Shown here: positions 38,656 through 52,342 of the stretch, piece by piece
Position numbering within the stretch: position 1 is the stretch's first letter
How the letters are laid out: each line of letters begins with the position of its first letter
Source: Octopus sinensis
Taxonomy: Eukaryota
Length of the DNA: 64,000 nucleotides
NCBI RefSeq assembly: GCF_006345805.1
Contig: NC_043009.1
Coordinates: 36,270,001-36,334,000 of the forward strand
Direction: 5' to 3'
Translations under genes and position numbers: made by a program
Notes under the pieces: generated by a model
Seen by the model: only the letters and a program-made list of their open reading frames with translations
Database searches by the model: none
What the model was told of the DNA's origin: nothing

Positions 38656-40582
38656 CTATATCTCTATCATGGAAAGTTGTAAAACATCCCACTCTACATA
38701 CTGCAACCTTGCAGAATGCACATTGGAAAGACGTTTCAACTGGCCTTCCACTGGGTGTTTTCCTTTGTTGTTGTAGACATTCACGGCACTGCCTTTTGCG
38801 ACCCACGATTTTTTCTAATTTATGTAGATCGGCTGAAGTCAGAGGAATATCTCTCTGTCAGGCTTTGCTTTTCTTTCCTGCAGTTATTTGGGGGATGAAT
38901 AACCTGCCTTCAACTGCGTTGCTACATCTGCTCGGAACTGCAGATGGTCGCACCGCTTGCGAGCCCCTCCTGATTTGGTATATAATATATATGCATTTAC
39001 AATGCTCATGTTTACTATATACCAAACCAGGTATCGCCACCATTTATTATCCGGTCTACCAACCGGATAATAACTCATCCTCTGCTTCAGTCGATCTACA
39101 CCACCCCTGTATCTGTTATAATCAAGGTTCACAAAGGGGGTACCATTTTCATCTACACGTGGTTGTGCACTGGTAGATAGAAAATTTACCTGTCTCTTAT
39201 TTCTGTATGCGGTCGCTAGCAGATTTCCTTTCTGCCGTTGGATTATTTCACCTTTTTTTTTTAATTTTGCTTTTTTTATATCCAACGGCAGCCCTTTTCT
39301 ACTAGCAATAACTGTAGCACACGTATACGTTGCAACAGCTTCTAAATCCACCGCAAGTTTGACCGAACTGAAAAATCGGTCAAAAAATAATATACGGCCC
39401 TGGTTTTGGTATGGAAGAGATAAATTCCAGACCACATCGTACCCTAGGCCATGCTGACTAACATTGTCTCTTTTCCCAGTACAGAAGCTAAACCCACAGC
39501 AGTACCCAGTATCTGCTTCACACATTTTCCAAACTTTGATCCCATTTATGGACTTTCCTGGCATATACTGTCGGAAGCGTACCCCTTCTTTATACTCCAT
39601 CTTGCCCTCATCGACGGATAAGTATCTCCCGGGGTTGTAAAATGTTCTATATGCATTTTGAACGCAGTCAATGAGGGGTCTTATTTTAAAAAAGGGATCA
39701 AAGTTTGGTTCTCCACGTACTGGGGTACTGCTCGTGTCTCTCACATGTAAATATTTGTTCAGTTTCACAAATCGTATTTCAGTCATAATACTGGACACAT
39801 ACTCATCACGTAAAAGTTCCAGATCGCTCCAGTAATTTGAAATCCTGGGTAACTGTCTTATACCAATTATTATATTTATTGCAAAAAACGCCCGTATTTC
39901 ATCCATGGTTGTAGGAAACCACAAGCTATCTTTTTTTCCAGCTTGTTTACATTCTGCGTAACGATTTGTTTCCGCAGTGATTGCTTCAAACAAGCATTCT
40001 GGAAAAAATAAATAGAAAAAGTCTAATGGTTTCGCTTCCTGGGAAAGACTATGGGTAGACCCTGTCTCCTCAGAAAAATTGTTAATAAAAACTTCTTTTA
40101 ACTCTTTACTCCATTCTGGTGTAAAATCATCCTCGCTGTCTACGTCACTGCCTTCAGTTTCTTCAGAATCGCTTTCTGTTTCATATTCAGAAATATCCGA
40201 TTCATTTTCGTCCACCACGTGCTCTTGCACCTCATTCAATATTTCACTCGATATCTCCATATCCTCTGTTGAAAAGCTTTCAAATTCAGAATCACAGCTT
40301 GATGGCATGAAACTCCTCTCCATTTTCAAAGTTGAAAAAAATTAACGCCGGAAAAATCTTCTAAAATTCAGTGAGTTCAAATATCACGCCAAACAATGTC
40401 GGATACAATAACAGCTGATAACAAAGTGAAATCACGGGTTTTAACGAATGTAGCAACGAGATTTGGGTTCAAATTTACATTTAAATAACAATGGGTGCTC
40501 TCGGCCGGCTATGGCCGGGTTGGTCTTATGAACCCAAAAAATTTTTCGGTCGGTTACAACCATTTAGTAACGAAAGGGTTAA
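38656..40582 (-). mobile_element. piggyBac element with the 5' terminus visible and the 3' terminus not found
   Basis: Minus strand TTAA|CCCTTTCGTTAC at 40582-40567; an out-of-frame tail CRECL...FQCAFCKVAVCRVGCFTTFH follows the ORF stop. Confidence 0.7.
38884..40323 (-). CDS. piggyBac-type transposase / PGBD4-like ORF (479 aa from the first ATG), lacking an in-frame Cys-rich tail
   Basis: Acidic N-terminus; PLDFFYLFF, ETNRYA, DPFFKIRP, SVDE, GIKVW, FFDRFFSS, DYNRYRGGVD, KWWR motifs; uninterrupted frame. Confidence 0.9.
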   Translation of the reverse strand: MERSFMPSSCDSEFESFSTEDMEISSEILNEVQEHVVDENESDISEYETESDSEETEGSDVDSEDDFTPEWSKELKEVFINNFSEETGSTHSLSQEAKPLDFFYLFFPECLFEAITAETNRYAECKQAGKKDSLWFPTTMDEIRAFFAINIIIGIRQLPRISNYWSDLELLRDEYVSSIMTEIRFVKLNKYLHVRDTSSTPVRGEPNFDPFFKIRPLIDCVQNAYRTFYNPGRYLSVDEGKMEYKEGVRFRQYMPGKSINGIKVWKMCEADTGYCCGFSFCTGKRDNVSQHGLGYDVVWNLSLPYQNQGRILFFDRFFSSVKLAVDLEAVATYTCATVIASRKGLPLDIKKAKLKKKGEIIQRQKGNLLATAYRNKRQVNFLSTSAQPRVDENGTPFVNLDYNRYRGGVDRLKQRMSYYPVGRPDNKWWRYLVWYIVNMSIVNAYILYTKSGGARKRCDHLQFRADVATQLKAGYSSPK

Positions 40583-40609
40583 ACCATCCCTTCATGAGAT
40601 TAACACAAC

Positions 40610-40773
<164 letters not shown>

Positions 40774-43700
40774 CAGTATCAGTGTCACGCATTGTTTAGA
40801 CATAAGCAATTTTTAAGTTAGTTAAAATATATTTGTGATATATTTCAACTTCTAAAAGCAAATTCACTGCAGTTATCGTGGAAAAAAAATATTCCCTCGT
40901 ATGGTAAAAAGTGTAAAAACATCATTTCTGCCCAGTGTTACCTTTTATTGGCTTCCCAAAACACTGCATTTCTAGCTCTTTAGCTGTTATCAATGGGAAA
41001 TATCAAAATATATATATATTTAGGGTTTGGTAATAGAGACCAATAGAATAAGTACCAGGAGTAAAATATATATATATATATATATTGGGGTCAATTAATT
41101 CAACTAAAACTCTTCAAGATGATGCCCCAGCATGGCCACAGAGATAAAAGATAAAGTCAAACTCAGTAGAGAAAGAGGCCAAGTCCTTTTCAAGAGTGGA
41201 ATTCAAAGAGGGACCAAAGCTAAATTCTGTTGGCCATTCTATCAGATTTACAGCAAAATAAGGATTTCTAACATTTAACAACTAGAAATTTGTTATAGAA
41301 CATGTATTATTGAACAGAGTCAACTCTCACCCATCATAGAAACCTGTTATTTGTTTTATAGGTCCCTTGAGGGGATGAAAGGTGCCAAGATGATCAGAGT
41401 GAGATTTAAACAAGGAATGTAGAGGCAGGAAAAAAATGGAATGATATATTGATTTCAAATTTTGGTACAAGGCCAGCAATTCTGGAGAAGTGGCTAAGTT
41501 GATTACATCAACTCCAGTATTCAAATAGTACTTATTTTATTGACCCCAAAAGGGGAAGACAGACAAAATGCTTAGTAGCATTTTGTCTGGTGTGGTAAAT
41601 GGAAGTAAAATATTGCTCAGCATTTACGTGGATGGCTTATCATTACATGCAGCAGAGAGAAGCTGTAGAAGTGGCTAGGCCTGCTAGAAATAGCAACTGA
41701 ATCTCCCTCAACTCACACCTTGCTGTCTTGCCAAAGAGACATTGATAATGTAGTCCTATATGCAAGATGTCTGGGGGAAATCTGGACCCTCTTTGACCAG
41801 AAATCTGACCTGAGAGTTAACAACATCACACTATAAAAATAAAAGAAACAACAAAAGAATATATTTATTATTGTCATTTTTTATTTTGTTTTATATCATT
41901 TGAAACGTAGATAAAATATCCAACATGAAGTGAAGGTTGGCCCTTAATTACAATGTAATATCAAACTGACCACAAAAATGTCATCTATGTACAAGTTTTT
42001 ACATTGTCTTTGTACTATAATGGTGTGATTTGAGATAAACTACTGTATTTACATCTAATGAATGATTCTTTTAAAACAATGATCTCTAATTTAGGACACA
42101 AAGCCACAAATATATTTCATTTTAACAAGAGGTGTAATTAATTTAATCAACCTCAACCCCACCCTACATATACTTTGTAACTTTATAAAGGGAGAGGGAA
42201 TAAAGGCAGGCAAAATCAACTTCGGCAGGATTTGAAGTACACAGAGGGACATAATAACCATAAGGTATTTAGTATGATCTCAGTAGGATTTGAACTCAGA
42301 ATGGCAAGAGCCATAACTAAATACCCACAGGCATTTTATGAAATACTTTAATCATTCTGTCAATTCAATCTACTGCCATTGTATTAGTAATTGTTTTTAA
42401 TTTGGGTACAAGGCCTGAAATTTGGAGGGGAGGGGTTTGTTAATTACAATGACCCCAGTATTTGACTAGTACTTTGTTTTATTGAACGATAAAAGGCAAA
42501 GTTGACCTTGGCAGGATTTGAGCTCAGAACAATTACCACTCCAATGATTTTTGCCAATCCACCACCTTTGTGATGATAATAATAATCCTTTCTACAATGG
42601 GCACAAGGCCTGATATTTGGTGGGGGAGGGGGCTGATTGATTACATCAATCTCAGTACATGACTGGTACTTGTTTCATCAACCCCAGAGAAATGAAAAGC
42701 AAAGTTGACATAGACAAGACTTGAACTAAGTATGTAAAATGTCAGAACAAACACTGCAAGGCTATTTGCAATGCTCTCATTATGCTAGTTTGTTGTCCTA
42801 ATGATGATGATGATGATGATGATGTGGTGGTGGTGGTAGTAGTGGTATTTTTACATTGGCACAAGATCACATGTCACACAGGGGCTTAGTCACCCAAACT
42901 GGCTCCTAGCAATGTTACTGGTATTTGTTTTTCCTTACCAAATTCCTCTTCTTGAGGTATGTATTGGGGAGGCAAAAATCCACCTTCGTTTCATTTCCAT
43001 CATTTTCGATTACACAAAACAAAACAAACAAGGAGGGAGGAATCTGACATGAAATAATGTTTTGGAAGTAATTATTGCAAACAACCCTTCATGGAAACAG
43101 TTTAAAATACAAAGAACATTCTTTATTTGGGACAGTAGTTGGGGGTGAAATTTGACACTATCCCATCTTCTGATTACACAAAGTTTTGATATTAAACTCT
43201 GTATTGAAGAACATGCAAATGACTCCAGTACAAATTTTTGGATTATTTTTATATTTCCCTAATAACCCATAAACTTTGTGTAAAATTGATGACATAGGTG
43301 TATATTATAGGTTTTTAGCTGATGGATGATACAGGTGCATATATCGAGGTAATGATACAAGTGTGTATGTGTGAAATTTATTCATAAATTATGTATAAAC
43401 ATATTTCAAATTTAGCTCGCCTCACTGTGAACGAGTTCTTGAACTAAGAAAGATAGAGAAATAGTGGCCAGTATTGTATTGTTGACATCTAGCAAAACCA
43501 CACACCCCCTATCTCTCTTCTTTTATTTAACCCTCGCCACACACACACTTCTTCAGTGAAAACACTAACTCATTAATAATAACAAGAGAAGCTATGAAAA
43601 ATGCTTCTAGCAGAAGCCATTCATTCACTATGCAACCATGATCATCACAACTGTCTTCTCTTCAAATGGTTAACTCCTTGGCCCTCATTGTTAGGACAAC

Positions 43701-44532
43701 TATTTATTTGTAGTAGCTGTTATATGGTGCTTGTGGATTGTGTGCAGGTCAAATATCATTGATGCCAGTAATTATACGGCTGCAAAAACAATTATATATG
43801 GTTGTAATCATGACGTGATTGTCTGAAAAGGTTTATAGTTAAAATGTGTGTGTGTGTATTGATTCCCAGGCAACATTTAGGTTTTTAATGTTATTAACAC
43901 TACCAAAGCAGCTGATGATAGGAATATAGATGTTATTTGCTTGTTTTCTGTGAATCTTTTATATTTTGGAGTCTTGTTATTTGGAGTTATCCTCCATTCT
44001 CAAAAGGTTGAACTTGTTAAACAGTTTATGGTGGTTTTGTTTGTATTATTACATATATTTCATTGGTAATTAAAGATTTCTAGTTTTTGTAGGCTCTGTA
44101 GCATACACACACACATGCACACAACAGGTTTCTGCACAGTTATTATTTTCTAAACCCCACTAATAAGGTATCAGTCAACACAAGGCTACAGTAAAAAACA
44201 CTTGTCCAAAGTAGTATGCATTAGGATTGACCCTGAAACCACATTATAGCAAAGCAAACTTCTTAAACATCCAACCATGGCTGCAGGGTTGGGCTGGTGG
44301 TTTGAAATAACAATCGTATGATTTGTTGTTAATTTATCCAGCACTCTATTAAATCTAGCCTCCATCGCTCTTCTTAGTAACAATAACAAAAATTTCTAAT
44401 GTAGAAACAATGTCCTAGAACTTAGTTGCCATTTTATTTTTAACAACCTGCAGGAGAATGGAAAGCAAAGTAGCCCAGGTGAGATTTGACCACAGAAACT
44501 AAAGTGACATAAGCACTGCAAAACATTTTGTC

Positions 44533-44579
<47 letters not shown>

Positions 44580-45495
44580 TAATTGTTGTTGTTTCTACTA
44601 CAGGTAAAATGCTTGAAACTTGGAGAAAGGGGTGTTACCTTATATTAAAATTTCAGATTAGCAACTAAATATTGTCTAATAAGTAATTAAATTTAAAGCA
44701 TCTCTCATAAAAAAATTTCTTCTCTGCAATTCAGGAACAATAAATCCCCAACAAGTTTCCTCAGCACAAAACAATAAAAATCATCAACTGATAATTACTG
44801 TAAACCCCAAACTGAAATCATCAATCACTTCATTGCTAAATGTGAAAGTTCTCAAGATACCACCTTTTCATGAGAACATGATGTGATGGCCAGAGAGATC
44901 TGCAATAAAATCAAAGGATAACAACAACAACAACCAGTAAGGACAAATACTTTAGGTTGATGGATGAAAAAAAAACATTGCTGGTGCCTACAAATAAAAA
45001 AACAAAAACACAGCAACCGAATTAAAACATAACATACTTGATGTTTAAGACAGCAAAATATAAACCTGTTCTGTTGTGAGAGTTAGCTGTTCAATGAGGT
45101 AACAAAAAATAGTACAATTTAAAGGTTGATTGATTGTAGACAGAATGATGAAAAGAACAGCACAAACTGCTTTCCTGTTAGTAAGATTTTTTTTTTATGA
45201 ACTTATTTCCAAATGAGGGGCCAGTCAAAATAAAGACTGAAATTTCAATCAGGAAGTGAAACATACACATGTTCTACAAATACATACACATACAGAATAG
45301 AAGTACACATCATCGTTTTAACATCCACTTTTCCATATTTACATGGGGCAGAGATTGAGGATGGATGCCCTTTGTGTTGCCCATGGTCAGACATATTTTT
45401 CATGGAAGACTGGACAGGAATGATATCACTTGTATGACAGTGGCACTCATTTACAACTATCATCATGTAATGCCAAGACAAGGAGACACAAACAC

Positions 45496-45534
<39 letters not shown>

Positions 45535-46327
45535 GGCTTCTCTCAGTTTCCATCTACTAAATCTTCTCACAAGGCTCTGGGGCTATAATTGAAGACACTT
45601 GTCCAAGGTGCCATGCACTGGAACTAAACCTGAAATCACAAGGTTGACTCGTGAACTTCTTAAGCACACAGCCAAGCCTGCACTAAGTACACAATAGTAC
45701 AAAACAATCCAGAGAGAGAAATGCTCAATATAATAGAGCAGAGTAGTAAAATTTGCTGGAAATTATATATATACATACACAATATATATTTTTATATATT
45801 TGCATGTAAGTTTATATATAAACACAGACACCACACATCAATTCATACACTCAAATTCATACAGTATATATATATATATAACATAAATATTCAATATATA
45901 CACACCTAAAAATATCCAGTAGCACAACTCATATATAAAATGTAAATCATACACACATACATGCATGCACTAATAAATAGCCTTATACACCCACACATAA
46001 ACACACACAACCTTAAAATTAAAAGATATAGCTTGAAGATGGAGTGAAAAAAGAAAAAAAAAAGTGACATTTACAGGCGTGTTTCCATGGCAATAAATTT
46101 CAGATGGAATTATTTGTCATTCTTCACAATATTGACACCCACCCCCATCACAATTTCTTTTATATTCTCATTTACATTGAGATGAAGTTCTTTCTTCTCT
46201 CTTCACAAGATCATACCACAAACCTTTTTACATATTCTTAAACATTTTCTGGAAATTTTATGCACAGGCTTTTATTGTTTTTATAATTATTAGTGTTGTT
46301 TTCTTTTTCAAACATTTTGGTTTCGGT

Positions 46328-46743
46328 TCAGTGAAGGAACTGATCAATATCGAATCCTTCGTTAGATTGATTGTCATCATTACTGATTGGCACAAAGTCA
46401 TTGTCTTCACTTTCTGACTCTGAGACCTGCAAGTCTTTGTTGATGTCTTCAACAGAGTCTGGTTGTTGCTCATCCTCTTCCTCCTCATCCTGTTGTTGTT
46501 GCTGTTGCTGGTTGTCATCAGTCATTTGCTGAGCCAATGAACTGCTCAGGAAGAACGCTGCTGGATCAAAGCTTTGCTCTTCATCATCACCTATACCAGC
46601 CATATTGTACATGTTAGATTCGTTCTCACTTGAGTAAAACTGGTTTGCATTGTCACCACTATACTGCTGGCCATAGACACTGTCTTCGATGTATTGCGAT
46701 ATTCCAGAAGGTAACTCTTCATTTCCACTGCCATCCATGCCAT
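46328..46743 (-). CDS. TAF1: TAF1 terminal coding exon (acidic tail)
   Basis: TTGTAG acceptor, phase 1 matching the upstream exon; acidic/Q-rich ...FDIDQFLH*. Assigned by phase-consistent splicing to the recognisable exon at 62485-62611. Confidence 0.8.
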
Positions 46744-47229
46744 CTACAAGAGAACAGAACATGATCAGATGACATATTACATAAAACAGAGTTGCATATC
46801 AAAGCTTTCATATTTTTATTTCCATCCTCCAGTTTTCCTACAACACTTTTCATCTCAGATACCACCACCCACCCACCCCCACATACACACATTTTCTAGA
46901 TTTGCGAAGACTTCATTAAGCAGAATTCCTGGAGAAAGCTTTCCACATTTGCTGCCAGTTTATATCCAACTTCACACCACACACGCACTCAACTATTTTT
47001 CTCCATCTAGCCAGTCTCATCACCACACACAACATATCAAGTACAATAACAGCTCTGCTCCCTCTAAACAAGTGGTTCTCAACTGTTTTTTTACCTATGG
47101 ACCCCTTCAATAACAATTTTATTCTGGCAGACCCCCATAGCCATTCAATGTTTAAAAACTAGTTTTATAGACACTTCTTTCAAAATTCCTATTTTACTTT
47201 CCATACATTAACTTACGTAAGCTGAACTA

Positions 47230-47662
47230 TGTTAGTTAGTTAGTTAGTTAATTTGGCTCAAAAGCAAATAGCAAGGCCATGTAGGGGGACATGGAGTTAA
47301 GTACAGGGTGGTGTTCATGTAAAGAGTTCAGGCCACTTGAGGTCAAGGGAGGCTTTGAACAAAGCGGTCGTCAGCATCTTCACCATCTCGTCTGGCAGCT
47401 TGTTCCACGGATCCGCAACCCGAGGAGAGAAGAAAGCTCCTCTCCTTCGATTGAGATGAAATCGTCGCAGGTAGAGCTTTTCGGAATGACCTCGCAGCCG
47501 ACGCTCTGGAGCAGGAGTGAAGAACAGCTCTTTCGAGAGGTTACACTTTCCGCTCATGATGTTGTGGGCAAGAATGAGATCACCACGGCGGCGGTGTTTT
47601 TCTAGAGAATAAAGGTCGAGCGTCCTCAGCCTTTCTTCATAGGACAAATTTTTGAGACCATG
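47230..47662 (-). mobile_element. 3' end of a CR1-group LINE
   Basis: SYEERLRTLDLYSLEKHRRRGDLI...RGHSEKL...WNKLP, with a (TAAC)n tail. Confidence 0.88.
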
Positions 47663-47721
47663 AAACTATGTAAGATATCATTTTTGAAACTATGTAAGAT
47701 ATCAGAGAAAGAAACCTGGCT

Positions 47722-50700
47722 GTCATCATCATCATCATCATCGTTTAGCGTCCGTTTTCCATGCTAGCATGGGTTGGACGGTTCTACTGGGGTCTGTGAA
47801 GCCAGACGGCTTCATCAGGCCCAGTCAAATCTGGCAGTGTTTCTACGGCTGGATGCCCTTCCTAACGCCAACCACTCCGTGAGTGTAGTGGGTGCTTTTT
47901 ACGTGCCACCCGCACTGGTGCCAGACAGAGCTGGCAAACGGCCACGAACGGATGATGCTTTTTATGTGCCACCGGCACGAGGGCCAGGCGAGGCTGGCAA
48001 CGGACACGAAACGGGGCGGTGCTGGCAACGGTCGCGAAACGGAAAGTTCTCTTACATGCCACCGACACTGGTAACACATCTGCAATTTCCATTGATCGAT
48101 CGATTCTGATCGTCACTTGCCTCAACGGGTCTTCACAAGCAGAGTTTGACATGCCACCGGCACTGGTAGCACATCTGCAATTTCCATTGATCGATTTCGA
48201 TTCTGATCCTCACTTGCCTCATCACGTCTTCACAGTAGAGTTTTGTGTCCCAAGAAGGGAAGGTATGCATACGTAGGCTGGTTCCATCCCATGTAGAAGG
48301 CCACGGGTTATGGACTCACTTGTCCTGCCGGGTCTTCTCGCGCACAGCACACTTCCAGAGGTCTCGGTCTCTAGTCATTTCCTCAGTGAGACCTAAAGTT
48401 CGAAGGTCGTGCTTCACCACCTCGTCCCAGGTTTTCCTGGGTCTGCCTCTTCCACAGGTTCCCTCAACCGCTAGGGTGTGGCACTTTTTCACACAACTAT
48501 CTTCATCCATTCTCGCCACATGACCATACCAGCGCAAAGTCTCTCTTGCACACCACAACTGATGCTTCTTAGGTCCAGCTTTTCTCTCAAGGTACTTACA
48601 CTCTGCCGAGTGTGAGTACCGGCATTACACATCCATCGGAGCATACTGGCTTCATTTCTAGCGAGCTTACGCATATCCTCAGCAGTCACGGCCCATGTTT
48701 CACTGCCATGTAGCATGGCTGTTCGTACACACGCATCATACAGTCTGCCTTTCACTCTGTGCAAGAGGCCTTTTGTCACCAGTAGAGGTAAGAGCTCTCT
48801 GAACTTTGCCCAAGCTATTCTTACTCTAGCAGTTACACTTTCAACACACCTGCCCCCGCTGCTGACTTGGTCACCTAGGAACGGAAACTATCAACTATTT
48901 CTAGTTTTTCTCCTGGAAAGTGACGGAAGTTGGTCTCAGAGCATTTTCAGTGTTTATTGTTCCTGAGCATCTGCCACATACAAAAACCATCTTCCTAGTT
49001 AGCCTTCCTTTGACATTGCTGCATCTCTTATGTGTCCATAGCTTACACTTGGTGCATCTTATAGAGTTTCTACCTACACCTTTTCTACAGATCGAGCAGG
49101 GCCATCTACCTGAAGGTGTTTGTGATTTGTCTACCTTCCTACTGATTACGACTTTGGTTTTAGCTAGATTGACTCTGAGGCCCTTCGATTCTAATCCTTG
49201 TTTCCACACCTGAAACTTCTCCTCCAGTTCTGATAGCGACTCAGCAATTAGAGCAAGGTCATCAGCATAGAGGAGCTCCCAAGGGCATCCTGTCTTGAAT
49301 TCCTCCGTTATTGCCTGGAGGACTATGATAAATAGGAGGGGGCTGAGTACTGAGCCTTGGTGGACTCCTACCTCTACCCGGAATTCTTCACTGTACACAT
49401 TTCCAAACCTCACCCTACTAGCGGCGTCCCTGTACATGGCCCGCACAGCTCTCACTAACCATTCATCTATCCCTAGTTTCCTCATTGCCCACCAGATAAG
49501 GGATCGGGGGACCCTGTCGAAGGCTTTCTCCATGTCAACAAAAGCCAGGTACAGCGGCTTATCTTTGGCTAGGTATTTCTCCTACAGCTGCCTTACCAGG
49601 AATATAGCATCAGTAGTACTTTTCCCTGGCACAAACCCAAACTGCATCTCATCTAAACTAACTCTCTCTCTAATTAGTTGGGCTATGACCCTCTCCGTAA
49701 CCTTCATCACCTGGTCCAACAGCTTGATACCTCTGTAGTTATTTGTATTTAGGGCATCACCTTTACCTTTGTAGCAGTTGACTATTATACTGCTACACCA
49801 GTCATTGGGTATGACCCCTTGTGTATCACCTGATTAACTATACGGGTGACTAGGCTATAGCCGACACTACCAGACATTTTGAGCATCTCTGCAGTGATTC
49901 CTGATGGGCCTGGGGCTTTCCCTGTCTTCATGCTTCTAATTGCCTTAGCTACCACGGAACTATCACTCGGATAGCTGGTCCCTCTGTTGGGTCAACATTC
50001 GGCAGACTCTCTTTATCCCATTCATTTTCTTCATTCAGCAACCTTTCATAGTGGCATCTCCAAACCTCTCTCTTTGCATCCTCATTTAGCGCAAGTGAAC
50101 CATCTTCCATGCGAACACACTTCTCTCCTACAACATCACGATTCTCTCACACACTGTCTTGCAACACGAAACACCTCCAGTCTTTGGTCCTCACGGCGCA
50201 GAACATTGGCAAATTTTTTCTTATCTGCTTCCCCTCTGGCTAAATAAACCTGTCTCCTAGCTTCTCTTTTGGCAGTCTGATACAATCCCCTGCTACCCCC
50301 ATTTTTCCAGAACCTTCCAAGCCTGTCTCTTTTCTCTAATAGCCCTGTCTACAATATTGTTCAACCACCACGTTATTCTAGGTCGAGAGGGACTTTGCAC
50401 CAGCCACAGATCTGGTCAGTGGCTCTCAGCAGGTTGTCCCTTAGAAAGGTCCAGCTGTCTTCTACCCCCTGTGATGCTCTATCCCCTTCTACTTCGTCAG
50501 AGGCTTCAAGTAATATGTCCCTAAATCTCTGTCCATTTGCAGGATCTTTAAGCTTCCAGATCCTTCTTCTCCATATTTGCGTTCTTCTGGTTGTCCTCCT
50601 AGTCCTGATCTTCGTAAAGTCACTAACTACCAGTCTATGTTGTGGGGTACATTCTTCACCTGGGAAGGTTTTGGCATTTATAAGCAGCCATCTCTCCCTT

Positions 50701-51115
50701 TGCCTTGTAAGGATGTAGTCAATTTGGCTGGTATGTTGGCCCGATTGGTAAGTGACTAGGTGGCTGGTAGGTTTCCTGAAGTTAGTGTTGCAAATCATAA
50801 GATTATTGGCATCGCAGAACTCCAGCAGCCTGGTTCCCTCCTCGTTGCGGGAGCCATAGCCATAGCCTCCATGTACGCCATGGAAGCCCCCAGCATGTCG
50901 TCCAACGTGACCATTGAAGTCACCAGCCACAAAGATAAGGTCTCTGTCGTTCGTCAACGAGGTAGTCTGCAGTAGAGTGTCATAGAATCGGTCTTTCTGT
51001 CCATCGGGTAGCCCCGACTGAGGAGCATAGGCTGATATAATGGTTGCTAAACTATGATGAAGCACTAATCTAATCTTAAGTATTCTGTCACATACTCTGA
51101 TTACCTCAATTACTT
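47722..51115 (-). mobile_element. 5'-truncated RTE-clade LINE (APE endonuclease, RT, PHD-like finger) in a TAF1 intron, frameshifted
   Basis: SAYAPQ, GDFNGHVG, SQIDYIL, EKAFDRVPR, GVHQGSVLSPLLF, LLYADDL, LRWYGHV, RGRPRKTW; 3' UTR ends in (ATG)n. Confidence 0.93.
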
Positions 51116-51419
51116 TTTCTTACAATAAATACATCCAAAGTAACATTTTGTCATGGACCATTAATAAGCTACAGTGGATCCCTAATTTACAATTTTGCTT
51201 GCATGGAACCTCAAAAATTTTATATGAACTCCCAAAATTCTTATATGGACCCTGGTTGAGAACAACTACTCTATACCAAAAAACCTAATTACCATGATGG
51301 TATTCCTTCTATCACTTAACACTGCATCCTAAAACTAACCCCTAGCTTCAAATTCTTCTCTAAAGATATATATTTTGATCTTTGGAAACCTACAACAATG
51401 CCCTCAGTCCTCTCTAATC

Positions 51420-51697
51420 CCACCAAGGCAAGGATTATGGCAGCATTCACCAACTTAAACAAGGAGACCGTCCAAAAGAGTTGCAGGAGATTCCAAAGTC
51501 GTCTGGAGGCTATGGTTGAAGCCAATGGCGATTTTATTGAATAAATTTACTCTATAGTATGTCAAGATATTTTTATGTAATTTTGAACCCATGCTAGCAT
51601 GGAAAGTGGACGTTAAATGATGATGATGATATCTGTTAATACGAGATGTCAGTGTTCTTTTTATTTTTGCAGAACAGTTTATTTACCACACCCTATA
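51420..51697 (+). mobile_element. 3' remnant of a Tc1/mariner-superfamily (maT/DD37D-like) element
   Basis: KARIMAAFTNLNKETVQKSCRRFQSRLEAMVEANGDFIE* and a terminal CACCCTATA. Confidence 0.6.
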
Positions 51698-51704
51698 TAT
51701 ATAT

Positions 51705-52170
51705 ATGAATGGAAATTGCAGCTGTGGTACCAGTGCCGGTGACAAGTAAGCGAACCATCCGATCATGGCCGTTGCCAGCGCCGCCCCGACTGGCCTCTGT
51801 GCCGGTGGCACGTAAAAGCACCATCCGTTCGTGTCCGTTGCCAGCCTCGCCTGGCCCCCGTGCCGGTGGCACATAGCACCATCCGTTCGTGGCCGTTGCC
51901 AGCCTAGCCTGGCCCCCGTGCCGGTGGCACGTAAAAGCACCATCCGTTCGTGGCTGTTTGCCAGCTCCGTCTGGCACCTGTGCGGGTGGCACGTAAAAAG
52001 CACCCACTACACTCACGGAGTGGTTGGCGTTAGGAAGGGCATCCAGCTGTAGAAACACTGCAAGATCAGACTGGGCCTGATGCAGCTTTCTGGCTTCACA
52101 GACCCCAGTAGAACCGTCCAACCCATGCTAGCATGGAAAGCGGACGCTAAATGATGATGATGATGATGAT
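51705..52170 (+). mobile_element. Solo 3' UTR of the RTE family, inverted relative to the copy at 47722-48200
   Basis: Reverse complement of ~47722-48100 including GTGGTTGGCGTTAGGAAGGGCATCC and the (ATG)n tail; further copies at ~25020-25390 (+) and 29570-29720 (-). Confidence 0.85.
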
Positions 52171-52195
52171 ATATATAAATATATATGTACATACT

Positions 52196-52227
<32 letters not shown>

Positions 52228-52342
52228 CACACACACATACATACAAGCATATACAATGTGTACACTACACACACACAATAATAAAAAGAAAAGACAGATA
52301 AATAAAGTAAGGTAACAAAAAACAACTCACAGTTTTTCTCAC

